Below, in pieces: positions 19,708 through 28,386 of a stretch of 64,000 nucleotides of DNA. This stretch comes from Escherichia phage Ec_YwIITB1. Below the pieces are notes generated by a model. It had not been told where the DNA came from and did no database searches. It worked only from the letters and a program-made list of their open reading frames with translations. Every line of letters begins with the position of its first letter. The first letter of the stretch is position 1. Location of the stretch: sequence record PQ356294.1. One strand, written 5' to 3'. A program made the position numbers and the translations under genes.

Positions 19708-19907
19708 GATTTATCCCCATAGATGTCTCTCATCAATTTAAGCGCTGAGCGTTCTAATTTCTTTTCTTTCTCAGCACTAATCATTGATTTCATCCATTCT
19801 TCCGATTCGTTCTGCATTTCTTTATTTACCTGTTCAACCCAACCATCATCAATGTACATTGAGTTTGGTCTATTGAACCATTCAAGCATCTTCTTCAGAA
19901 CTTTCAC
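19704..19907 (-). CDS. hypothetical protein (67 aa)
   Basis: Minus-strand ORF with ATGA coupling to the next ORF. Confidence 0.5.
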   Translation of the reverse strand: MKVLKKMLEWFNRPNSMYIDDGWVEQVNKEMQNESEEWMKSMISAEKEKKLERSALKLMRDIYGDKS

Positions 19908-20379
19908 TTGTTTTACCTAAAACAATAGTAGGAGCATCGTCAAATTCATGAATTTTTAGCAATTTTGGATTTAAATTATTCCATACACAATAAATGAAGT
20001 ATGATAACGCATCTTCACTCGCAATTATAAATTTATTTCCTTTATCTATTTTCCAGTCATATAGTGAATCATATGAATATAATGGCAAAGGGTTATTGTT
20101 ATAATATGATTCAGCAACATCAATATAGTTTGATTTAGTAAATGCTTGAATTGACATAAATGGAGAATTTCGTACAGTTTCAATAATTCCGATCTTTTTA
20201 AGTTTTATTTCAACATCTTCTGGAACTGGCATTGAAATGAAATCTTCTACTAGATACATGTTATTATCATATCTTTTATCAATTATTACTGCTACTGTAA
20301 TTGGAATATCTTTAGCAAACGCCATGCTATCACTGCTGATATACATTTCAAACAAAATTGCTTCCATAATTTTCCTCAA
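19882..20379 (-). CDS. hypothetical protein (165 aa; mrh-region)
   Basis: Minus-strand ORF in the modB-soc interval. Confidence 0.55.
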   Translation of the reverse strand: MRKIMEAILFEMYISSDSMAFAKDIPITVAVIIDKRYDNNMYLVEDFISMPVPEDVEIKLKKIGIIETVRNSPFMSIQAFTKSNYIDVAESYYNNNPLPLYSYDSLYDWKIDKGNKFIIASEDALSYFIYCVWNNLNPKLLKIHEFDDAPTIVLGKTSESSEEDA

Positions 20380-20714
20380 TCACAAGATGTAGATGAACAA
20401 CTAAAATCACAAGAACTTCCACACGAATCACCCGTCCACACATGAACAGGAACATTAGTATCATATGAATCAGAACTAGACTGTGTATTCTGCGTATTAG
20501 ATGATGTAGGTGTTGACCAACGCCAAGGATTTTTATAATATTCTTGGGCTTCTTCATAAGTCATAGTAACTGCTTCTACTGTTCCATCTCCCATATAAAC
20601 ATATTCAACTACAGTTAAAGAAAGGTAGTCATTTGAAATAGGAACTACACCTTCTCCGGGAGTCGTAGAGAAAAAATCCGTAAAGAAACTTTTAAACCAA
20701 TTAAAGATAAACAT
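20376..20714 (-). CDS. hypothetical protein with Cys/Ser-rich C-terminus (112 aa)
   Basis: ORF ending ...[18 protein letters not shown]. Confidence 0.5.
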   Translation of the reverse strand: MFIFNWFKSFFTDFFSTTPGEGVVPISNDYLSLTVVEYVYMGDGTVEAVTMTYEEAQEYYKNPWRWSTPTSSNTQNTQSSSDSYDTNVPVHVWTGDSCGSSCDFSCSSTSCD

Positions 20715-20926
20715 TACAAAAAGCCTCTTTGAAATTCGACTCTTTGAAATCCACCCCAGTCAGTGTATCGCATTTCAGCATTGAACTCGACTGAACCATC
20801 TGCATGCATCATGAATGAATGCGTGACGATATCACAATCCCAGCTTTTCATACCCCATTTATCAGAGATAGCTTTATCAAGAACCTTCTGGAGGTCTTCA
20901 TTTGGTTTAATCCAGCGATTTAACAT
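20714..20926 (-). CDS. hypothetical protein (70 aa)
   Basis: First ORF downstream of the early promoter at about 20953..20983. Confidence 0.5.
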   Translation of the reverse strand: MLNRWIKPNEDLQKVLDKAISDKWGMKSWDCDIVTHSFMMHADGSVEFNAEMRYTDWGGFQRVEFQRGFL

Positions 20927-20952
20927 AGTGCTCTCCTCTATAAGATAATTTT

Positions 20953-20983
20953 ATTATACCATACTCATTTTGGAAAGTAAACC
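20953..20983 (-). promoter_or_regulatory. early promoter
   Basis: Minus-strand GTTTACtttccaaaatgagtatggTATAAT. Confidence 0.6.
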
Positions 20984-20998
20984 GGTAAAATGAAAAAA

Positions 20999-21016
20999 GG
21001 ACTCCCGAAGGAGTCC
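20999..21016 (-). terminator. intrinsic terminator downstream of soc
   Basis: GGACUCCUUCGGGAGUCC followed by UUUUUU. Confidence 0.7.
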
Positions 21017-21027
21017 TTGAATTATTA

Positions 21028-21264
21028 ACCACCTATTTCTGTAGGCGTAAACATTGCAGCATTCTTAGTTTTCCAATCAGCTGCATCAGAAACTACGGTA
21101 GAATATGCTGCCTTTTCAGAAGGAAAGATTTGATAATGAGAATCTGCGATACGATGCTCGTTAGAATAAATTTCAAACGGAACAGAAACTTCCATACCTT
21201 TAACTTCTTTGCCTTCACCTGCTGGATGAGTAAAGGTCTTGATGTTAACGAAACCACCATAATA
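21028..21264 (-). pseudogene. soc: soc (small outer capsid protein) with start codon out of frame
   Basis: Frame encodes Soc-like ...GGFVNIKTF...HYQIFPSEKAAYSTV...AAMFTPTEIGG but lacks an in-frame start; the SD-proximal ATG at 21260 is offset by one base after a G-run. Confidence 0.6.
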
Positions 21265-21302
21265 AACTCCTTTATTGTTTAATTACAGGTGTATTTATAT
21301 CA

Positions 21303-21821
21303 TCAATAACCTCGGTCTTGACGAGCGAAGTTTTCAGCATTTTTCAAATAATAAAGTTTAAAGATTTCTTCAGCCGTAAGACCGAGACCTTGGAACATGT
21401 TTAGAACGAAATGAAGAATATCAATCATTTCGAATTTAATTTCCAACTGGTCTTGTGGAGACAAATCAGTAATTAAAGTTTCACGTCGTTCACCATGCTG
21501 AGCTTTCCAAGGTTTCCATACAGCAGATGCATCTTTTTCACCATTGCTCATACCACCAAGAGAAGTCAATAGTTCGCGGAATTCATCATCAATATAATCT
21601 TTTTGATTACGCAGCCAATCAACAACTTCGCCTGCGGTAGCCAAATCATCAGGATGACGGTTATATTCAGGTTTATCTTTAGCTAAACGAACCTGCAAAG
21701 ATTTCTGCATATCAAGCATAACCTGCAGCGGGTCTTTTTCATCACCGAGAATATCCCAGTATTCATTTTGAGCTTTATCAGCGCCTTCGATCAGTTGTGA
21801 ACATTCATTAAAGTAAGCCAT
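21303..21821 (-). CDS. 56: dCTPase/dCTP pyrophosphatase (gp56)
   Basis: 172-aa ORF from ATG at 21821 (MAYFNECSQLIEG...), AAAGGAAA SD; matches T4 gp56 as recalled; track start 21914 is a GTG extension. Confidence 0.88.
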   Translation of the reverse strand: MAYFNECSQLIEGADKAQNEYWDILGDEKDPLQVMLDMQKSLQVRLAKDKPEYNRHPDDLATAGEVVDWLRNQKDYIDDEFRELLTSLGGMSNGEKDASAVWKPWKAQHGERRETLITDLSPQDQLEIKFEMIDILHFVLNMFQGLGLTAEEIFKLYYLKNAENFARQDRGY

Positions 21822-21892
21822 TATTTTTCCTTTCAATTCATGGGTTAGTAGATTAATTATACAATAAATATATAAAGCAATAAGGAGGATAT

Positions 21893-22093
21893 ATGGCACA
21901 AAAATTAATGGCACTTGTTAATGCCATAAAAGGTAATAAAAAACGTATAGCTTTTACTATTTCTGCTATGGTAGGAATTTTACTCTGGAACTTTATTTTA
22001 TCGCCAATTGCAATTGCGCATGGCGTTAATATTCCAGTAGTTACTCTTGATACATTCGTAGATCTAGCATTTGCTTTAGTTGGGTTAATTTAA
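21893..22093 (+). CDS. small hydrophobic protein (66 aa) on the opposite strand
   Basis: Plus-strand ORF with strong AAGGAGG SD 6 nt upstream of ATG; predicted transmembrane segments. Confidence 0.45.
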   Translation: MAQKLMALVNAIKGNKKRIAFTISAMVGILLWNFILSPIAIAHGVNIPVVTLDTFVDLAFALVGLI

Positions 22094-23118
22094 ATCTTGG
22101 AATATTTAGATAACCGCATTTTAGCCATCAACCCCTGGGCAATATTATTTTTCATATATTCCATAATTTGTTCAGGGGTTGCACCTTCCTTTCTAATCAT
22201 ATCATTGACATCTTTTGATTTCCAGGGAGATTTATCCCAAAACATAACCCTTTCTCCTGCATCAACTAATTTAGTCATTCGTTTAATAGTGTCAGGATGA
22301 CGAGGTTCATTATCTAAAACCCACACACGTCTATCTTTAAATGGAACAATTTCTAGGTCTAATTGACCACCCGTAATAGCTATACCATTTTCAATAAAAA
22401 GTGAATCTATAGGTCCTTCTAGAACATATACATCACCATCTTTGACTCGTTCGACTCCATATATTTTTGTTGCCTCAGGATAAGCTTTGATAGTGATATA
22501 TTTTTGAGGAGCATCTTTCTTTAATGCACGTCCTTGAAAGGACTCAGCTTTTCCGTTAGCATTATAAATTGGAATAACAAGACGAGGCTCGGGCGTTTCC
22601 TTTTTATATGTTCCTGGAGCTATACTATTAACTAATTTAGGCCATTCGGTTGTAAACCAAAGATATTTCCATTTATCCTTTGGAATACAACGAGCTTTTA
22701 CATATTTTATAATTGGATGGTCTTCCGCCAGTTTATCTAATCTAACACATGACGGAAGAGCTTTAATTATTTTCTTCTCAGGATGTTTAGGAAGTTCTTT
22801 AGGTTTTTCTACTGGACGACTTTTACCTTTTTCTTTTCTTATTTCAAAGATATACTCACGATATAAATCAGGTTCAAACTCCTTTAAATATATTCCAATT
22901 GGCGCATGATAGCTGCAGTTATAACAATGAATATTTCCTTCATTATTATCACCATAATACCATCCACGCGCTTTATTTTGGTCGGTTTTTGAATCTCCAC
23001 AAACTGGGCATCTAAACCGTAATTTAAAAGTTGAACTATTATTTACTTGTGTGAATTTAGGTAAATGAGCTAATGCACGATATGCAAACTCATTATCAAT
23101 CCAAGCTATTGATGACAT
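22090..23118 (-). CDS. 61: DNA primase (gp61)
   Basis: 342-aa ORF with zinc-ribbon (CPVCGD...CYNC) and TOPRIM-like region; T4 gp61 length. Confidence 0.9.
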   Translation of the reverse strand: MSSIAWIDNEFAYRALAHLPKFTQVNNSSTFKLRFRCPVCGDSKTDQNKARGWYYGDNNEGNIHCYNCSYHAPIGIYLKEFEPDLYREYIFEIRKEKGKSRPVEKPKELPKHPEKKIIKALPSCVRLDKLAEDHPIIKYVKARCIPKDKWKYLWFTTEWPKLVNSIAPGTYKKETPEPRLVIPIYNANGKAESFQGRALKKDAPQKYITIKAYPEATKIYGVERVKDGDVYVLEGPIDSLFIENGIAITGGQLDLEIVPFKDRRVWVLDNEPRHPDTIKRMTKLVDAGERVMFWDKSPWKSKDVNDMIRKEGATPEQIMEYMKNNIAQGLMAKMRLSKYSKI

Positions 23119-23121
23119 TCT

Positions 23122-23286
23122 TTACTCTTCTTTTTCTTTAGATTCCTCTTTTTTCTTTTTAGGAATCTGTTCAGGACCTTTATTTACTACAGCACCTGAT
23201 GTTGTTCCAGTAGAGATATTTTCAGGATTACCACCTGAATCTCCAGCAACCATATCTTCTTTAATAAATTCTTTATATGTTTTCAT
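23122..23286 (-). CDS. hypothetical small protein (54 aa, 61.1-like)
   Basis: ATG at 23286 (MKTYKEFIKEDMVAGD...); under 60 aa, not in track. Confidence 0.4.
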   Translation of the reverse strand: MKTYKEFIKEDMVAGDSGGNPENISTGTTSGAVVNKGPEQIPKKKKEESKEKEE

Positions 23287-23287
23287 A

Positions 23288-23644
23288 TTAACCTCTATTC
23301 ATAAAAGCATTAAAAATTTGGTCATCAATCGATGGAATAGCAACCTTTTCGGCATCATTTAGCAAATCATTAATTTCATCAGATAGCATAACACATGTGC
23401 CTTTATTTCCTGTAATTGTTACTGCACAATTACGAACGTTTTCTTTATTAAATTTTAGGTTAATATTTTCGTAATGAAAATCCTTTAATGCTGAATATAT
23501 TTTTAAAATAAAATTGTCTTTTACTACAATAAATCCAACCTCACTATTAAAACGCGGTTCATGGAAGCTGTAATAAATCTTTTCATCTATGAAATCATAT
23601 GAAATTTTTTCCATTTTTAAATATGAAAATTCAGAACTGTACAT
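23288..23644 (-). CDS. 61.2: hypothetical protein (118 aa), 61.2-position
   Basis: Minus-strand ORF immediately downstream of sp in the 61.x cluster. Confidence 0.5.
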   Translation of the reverse strand: MYSSEFSYLKMEKISYDFIDEKIYYSFHEPRFNSEVGFIVVKDNFILKIYSALKDFHYENINLKFNKENVRNCAVTITGNKGTCVMLSDEINDLLNDAEKVAIPSIDDQIFNAFMNRG

Positions 23645-23656
23645 ACTAACCTCTAA

Positions 23657-23950
23657 TTACTCACCTACCACTTCAGCGATGATATTTTTATTATTAAAGT
23701 TTTTATCGCAATACAGAACATAATTATATTGCATTACACCACCAGATTTAAGCTGTTTTTGCACTTCAGCTTTCATTTCAGGACGATCACGTTCAACGAT
23801 ATTCATAATATCCGCTTCAATTTGAATTTCAACTTCAGTCTGATCTGCAGTCATAGACCATTCGCACAAATCTTTGTCATAACCCGCCATAGCAGGCTGA
23901 GCAGTGCAAGAAGCCAAAGCAAAAATTGCAGCAAAGATAAATTTTTTCAT
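23657..23950 (-). CDS. sp: Spackle (Sp) periplasmic protein
   Basis: 97-aa ORF with signal peptide MKKFIFAAIFALASCTAQPAMA; matches T4 Sp as recalled. Confidence 0.8.
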   Translation of the reverse strand: MKKFIFAAIFALASCTAQPAMAGYDKDLCEWSMTADQTEVEIQIEADIMNIVERDRPEMKAEVQKQLKSGGVMQYNYVLYCDKNFNNKNIIAEVVGE

Positions 23951-23976
23951 GATAATCTCCTCAGTAGTTTATGTTT

Positions 23977-24008
23977 ATATAATATCTCAATTTCCAATAA
24001 AAGTAAAC
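23977..24008 (-). promoter_or_regulatory. early promoter upstream of sp
   Basis: Minus-strand GTTTAC...TATTATATAAAC. Confidence 0.55.
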
Positions 24009-24010
24009 AG

Positions 24011-24310
24011 TTATTTTAAAACTTCTGCATAATCACATGTTACAAACTGTTTCTCTAGTTTAGTAATTTTACGAAAGTATCTTTTGCATTGACGAATCTG
24101 CCGCTTTGTAGGGCGCACAGCAAACTTAATAAATTCCACTCGACCAAATGGAGGGCTTTCTTCTGCTGGAATATCTAACACCAATTCCCACGTATCTGCG
24201 ATAAGTGCTTTGAATTGAGTATTTTTCCTGACATTATACGGTGTAGGTTTAAATAAAACGATATGCATATTATCCTCGGCAATCCACTTCACATACCTTC
24301 TTATCATCAA
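24011..24310 (-). CDS. hypothetical protein (99 aa, 61.4-like)
   Basis: Basic ORF downstream of dmd. Confidence 0.5.
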   Translation of the reverse strand: MMIRRYVKWIAEDNMHIVLFKPTPYNVRKNTQFKALIADTWELVLDIPAEESPPFGRVEFIKFAVRPTKRQIRQCKRYFRKITKLEKQFVTCDYAEVLK

Positions 24311-24452
24311 TAAAAGCTTTAACTAGCGCTTTATTAACTTCAGCATATTGAGTAGTAGCCCATTGAACGTCATCTTTCATCATTGTGATCTCTTTAGTAA
24401 ACATGCTTTCGTTCTTAAACCACCCCATAAAAACTACCTTTACCAATTCCAT
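24270..24452 (-). CDS. dmd: Dmd (discriminator of mRNA degradation; antitoxin-like)
   Basis: 60-aa ORF MELVKVVFMGWFKNE... at the position and length of T4 Dmd. Confidence 0.75.
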   Translation of the reverse strand: MELVKVVFMGWFKNESMFTKEITMMKDDVQWATTQYAEVNKALVKAFIDDKKVCEVDCRG

Positions 24453-24483
24453 AACAATCTCCTCATTTAACCAACAAGACTAC

Positions 24484-24512
24484 TATACCATAGTCTTGTC
24501 GGCTTGTAAACT
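24484..24512 (-). promoter_or_regulatory. early promoter upstream of dmd
   Basis: Minus-strand GTTTACaagccgacaagactatggTATAGT. Confidence 0.55.
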
Positions 24513-25938
24513 AAAATTTTAATTCATTCGCCAAAGCATCTAACTGGGCTCGGGCAGATTCGTTTCTTTGATAGCGATTCTGTTCAGCCTGAATTTGCTG
24601 TGAACCTGCTACTTCGTTCACTTCAGTTGGAGTAGAATCTTGTTCAATTTCTACCCATTTCTGATTTCCTTTTTGAACACCCATCAAAAACTTATTCCAT
24701 TTATTCTTATCACCGTATCGTGATTTGATTTGCTTAATGAGTTGTTGTTCAGCAGCTGCTAGCTCCTCGGTTTCAATGACCGCAAGCATAAAATCAGCTG
24801 TTGCTGGAAGACCGGCAGATTCTGCAATATCGCTCATGTTAACATCAGAAGAATCCCAAGCTTGCTTACCAACCTGTGCTGCGGTCCAAAGAACAGTTTC
24901 AGTTTCAACAGCAAGAGCACGCAATTCTTCTGCAATGGCTTTAACAGTTGTGTAACTATTTTCTGAATAAACTCTGATGCGGCAAGATTTACAAATACCT
25001 AGATAGTCAACAATAATGATTGTTGGAACAAAATTCTTCTTGAGCTTTAATTCATTTAAAAGCGACCGAAATGTGTTAGCGTCTGCTCCACCAGTAGGAT
25101 ACTGTTTAACGATTAAACGACCGAGAGTAGATTTCTCACGCCATTTTTCCATTTTTCCTTTATACTCAGCGTAAGAAATATGCCCATCATCAATGTCATC
25201 AAGAGAAACATCAAGCATATTAGCATCAATACGTTTAGCACAGACTTCTTCTGCCATTTCCATGGAAATGTAAAGAACATTATGTCCGAGCTGCAAATAA
25301 TCTGCTGCTAATGAACACAGACCTAATGACTTACCGACGTTAACACCAGCCATTAAAACATTCAGTGTTCCAGTTTCAGCTCCGCCTTTAGTAATTTTAT
25401 TTAGAATTTTGAGTTTAAATGGAACCTTACGAGCTTTATTCATATAAGATAGCCAACGTGCTTCGTAGTCATCCATCCAATCATGACCAACATAACTATC
25501 AAATGAAATTGATAATGCTTGGCGCATGATGTCAGGAATAGCACCTACATCTGGCATTTTCTTATTTCGTTTTTCTGGAGGAAGCTCAGCATTGGTTTGA
25601 ATTTCAATTATTTTAGACGTAGCATTAAACATCGCCCTTTGCTGAACATATTTTTCTGTTTCTTTTACTAACCAGCTATGGTCTTCTGGAGAATCGGCTA
25701 GTTTCGAAATAAGTGTTTTTACACCAGAATATTCTGTTTCAGTAAATGAACTATTTTCTAATGCAACATTTAACGCATTAATAGATGGAACGCTATGGTA
25801 CTCATTAACATGAGATTTAATTAATTTGAATGTATTTTTAGCTGGACCACTTTCAAAATATTCTGAATCCATATATGGCCAAACTTTTGAAAAATAAGCT
25901 TGATCAAATATGAGATGAGAAAGAATAATTTCTACCAC
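24511..25938 (-). CDS. 41: replicative DNA helicase (gp41)
   Basis: 475-aa DnaB-family ORF with Walker A (GVNVGKS); T4 gp41 length. Confidence 0.93.
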   Translation of the reverse strand: MVEIILSHLIFDQAYFSKVWPYMDSEYFESGPAKNTFKLIKSHVNEYHSVPSINALNVALENSSFTETEYSGVKTLISKLADSPEDHSWLVKETEKYVQQRAMFNATSKIIEIQTNAELPPEKRNKKMPDVGAIPDIMRQALSISFDSYVGHDWMDDYEARWLSYMNKARKVPFKLKILNKITKGGAETGTLNVLMAGVNVGKSLGLCSLAADYLQLGHNVLYISMEMAEEVCAKRIDANMLDVSLDDIDDGHISYAEYKGKMEKWREKSTLGRLIVKQYPTGGADANTFRSLLNELKLKKNFVPTIIIVDYLGICKSCRIRVYSENSYTTVKAIAEELRALAVETETVLWTAAQVGKQAWDSSDVNMSDIAESAGLPATADFMLAVIETEELAAAEQQLIKQIKSRYGDKNKWNKFLMGVQKGNQKWVEIEQDSTPTEVNEVAGSQQIQAEQNRYQRNESARAQLDALANELKF

Positions 25939-25947
25939 ACTTACTCC

Positions 25948-26304
25948 TTAAAAGAATTTAAATTTTTTCTTTGACCTTTTATTAAATGCATCTTGTAGTT
26001 GCATTGTAATACATTTTTCTACATGAGGAGCTAACTCAGCTTTTCTTTCTTGGTCAAGAACAGCAAAGTCCATTACGACTTTTCCATCAACCCAATCTAA
26101 TTTTGTCACATACACAATGTGTGTAGAACCATCTTCTAGTTTAATGACAATCTCCTGGATAACATTTTCCATGGCAGATTTAATTATCTTAAGAGATTCA
26201 TTAAAAAGACGTTCTTTTCTTTCTTCTTCCCCCTCCGAAGAGGGGGATTCATCGATAATTTCTAAATCTAAATCATCTTTATTCATTAAATTCTTCCATA
26301 TCAC
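25948..26304 (-). CDS. 40: gp40-like protein
   Basis: 118-aa ORF between uvsX and 41, as in T4. Confidence 0.6.
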   Translation of the reverse strand: MIWKNLMNKDDLDLEIIDESPSSEGEEERKERLFNESLKIIKSAMENVIQEIVIKLEDGSTHIVYVTKLDWVDGKVVMDFAVLDQERKAELAPHVEKCITMQLQDAFNKRSKKKFKFF

Positions 26305-27460
26305 TTAACTGATCTAGGTCAGTTTCTAAATCAGCTGCTGATTTACTTTTACTTTCTGGAGATTTAAATTTTTCAACCTTTGAGTTAATCAATTCATCAA
26401 CTTCAGCTTCAACAATTTCATTACTATCAATAGCACCTAACTGATAAGCACGTTTAATAGCATCTCGGAATGGCTGATGCTTGAATAAAGGACCCCAGAA
26501 TGTAGTGCAATTGGTATCTTTTGCACGCCAAGATTTTTCTTCGCGAATCATCTCACCAGTTTCTTCGTCAAGAAATTCACGAGCATACCAGCCATTTTTA
26601 GGTTTTACCACAAATCCTAATTCAAGAGCCATATCTAACAATCCAGAATAAGGATCGATGCCACCGTCAAATTTAACATCAATAAAGAATTTACTTTTTT
26701 CTTTAACGGTACGAGATTTTTCTACATTTAGAACAAATTGATACCCCTGAAGATCAGAACCATCTTTAATCTGGCGCTTACCGATAATGAATACAGTATC
26801 AGCCGAATACATTACGCCTGTACCACCTGTCATCACGGTTTTACTAAACATTTCAATTGTTTCAATTGTATGGTTAACCGCAACACATGGAATGTTTTTA
26901 ATACTAAAATAAGGAGTAACAATACGGAATAATGACTTCAGTGATTTAGCACGAGTCATATCTGCCACAGATTTTTCATTCAAGGCATCTTCCGTTTCTT
27001 TCTTAGAAGCCATATTACCAATTGAGTCAATGAATACAATAACTTTTTCACCACGCTCAATAGCTTCAAGTTGATTCACCATATCAATTTTCAGCTGTTC
27101 AACTGACTGGATTGGTGTGTGAATTACTCGTTCCGGGTCAACTCCCATGGATCGCAAATAAGCAGGAGTAATACCAAATTCGCTATCATAGAATAGACAT
27201 ACCGCGTCAGGATATTTGTTCAAATACGCCGCAACCATAGTCAAAGACATATTTGATTTAAAGTGTTTAGAAGGACCTGCAAAAATGGTTAAACCAGACT
27301 GCATACCACCATCAATTGCACCTGAAATAGCGATATTAAGCATTGGGATTTTTGTACGAATTACATCCTTTTCATTAAAGAATTTAGATGTAGTCAGTTC
27401 AGCAGTCATTTTAGAAGTGGAAGCTTTAATCAAACGGGATTTTAAATCTGCAATAGACAT
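26279..27460 (-). CDS. uvsX: UvsX recombinase (RecA-like)
   Basis: 393-aa ORF with RecA fold motifs (GPSKHFKS Walker A); close to T4 UvsX as recalled. Confidence 0.93.
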   Translation of the reverse strand: MSIADLKSRLIKASTSKMTAELTTSKFFNEKDVIRTKIPMLNIAISGAIDGGMQSGLTIFAGPSKHFKSNMSLTMVAAYLNKYPDAVCLFYDSEFGITPAYLRSMGVDPERVIHTPIQSVEQLKIDMVNQLEAIERGEKVIVFIDSIGNMASKKETEDALNEKSVADMTRAKSLKSLFRIVTPYFSIKNIPCVAVNHTIETIEMFSKTVMTGGTGVMYSADTVFIIGKRQIKDGSDLQGYQFVLNVEKSRTVKEKSKFFIDVKFDGGIDPYSGLLDMALELGFVVKPKNGWYAREFLDEETGEMIREEKSWRAKDTNCTTFWGPLFKHQPFRDAIKRAYQLGAIDSNEIVEAEVDELINSKVEKFKSPESKSKSAADLETDLDQLSDMEEFNE

Positions 27461-27537
27461 TCATTTTTTCCATAGGCATCATTATATTTTCCTCACTGGT
27501 TAAAGATAAAGTAATTATAACACAATAAATTTAGGCA

Positions 27538-28386
27538 TTAATCAACTGCTATTGGATGAATAGCATTAAACTTATGAAACGCTTCTGATTTTTCTTTGCG
27601 CGAAACACACATGCGAAGAACCTTTAATGGCTCGTCTTCTTCACCTAATGATTTTCGTTTTTCAATATTAGAAGTTTTCCAACGAGCTTGCTCTGGAAAC
27701 TCTCTATTGATTTGCTCAAGCGCTCTATTATGTTTAGAATTACTACGAATTGAGCTACATCCGCCAGGAGCTTGCGCTTTTCCAGATACAACCAGATATT
27801 TGAACAAGGCCAAATGCGGATAACCTTGATTAATTAAATTGAGAAATGCATACATATCTTCGCATAAATCAATTTTTCCATACCCAATTTGTTCTGTTGT
27901 AAGTTTCCCGAGGTCATACCAAGTATTCGTGAATCCATATGAATTTTCACGATAATTACCCCAAGATGAAGTAATTTTAAAAATTGGTAAACGAGCATGA
28001 CCATGATAATACCCGCAATCCATTGCATCTTCAACGTATTGAATCAATTCATAGAACTGTTCACGAGTTAATTGATTAATTTTATCTACGCAGCGACGAT
28101 CATCTTTCTTTCGCATTGAACTCATACGAATAGTAGTATCATCATCAATCATCCAAATTCGTTGACCTGCATACATATCAGTAATCGCTTTACGAGTACC
28201 AGCAATTCCATTAACATCATCAGGAATAGTTATAATTTTAGCTCTAGACCCGTAAGCGTCATAATAAGCTTTTTCTTCATGTTCACGTACTACAATATGT
28301 GGTTCATAATCAGTCGGAAACATATCAAGGGCAGAAACTGCCCCTACACGTTGATAGCTTGGAATTACGAATTGAATCATTTCCAC
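27538..28386 (-). CDS. putative DNA glycosyltransferase (GT-A-like, DDD motif) in the beta-gt locus
   Basis: 282-aa ORF between uvsX and gene 42 with IWMIDDDTTI (DxD-type) motif; not the 351-aa T4 beta-gt as recalled. Confidence 0.6.
   Translation of the reverse strand: MEMIQFVIPSYQRVGAVSALDMFPTDYEPHIVVREHEEKAYYDAYGSRAKIITIPDDVNGIAGTRKAITDMYAGQRIWMIDDDTTIRMSSMRKKDDRRCVDKINQLTREQFYELIQYVEDAMDCGYYHGHARLPIFKITSSWGNYRENSYGFTNTWYDLGKLTTEQIGYGKIDLCEDMYAFLNLINQGYPHLALFKYLVVSGKAQAPGGCSSIRSNSKHNRALEQINREFPEQARWKTSNIEKRKSLGEEDEPLKVLRMCVSRKEKSEAFHKFNAIHPIAVD

Noticed and set aside
21258-21260. Programmed frameshift or translational bypass as the explanation for the soc frame problem
   Set aside because: No slippery heptamer or bypass hairpin is evident; a simple one-base indel in a G-run is the more economical reading, so it is reported as a pseudogene or possible sequencing error.
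21893-21914. Gene 56 starting at the track coordinate 21914
   Set aside because: That start is a GTG reading through the upstream region; the SD-preceded ATG at 21821 gives the canonical MAYFNEC N-terminus.
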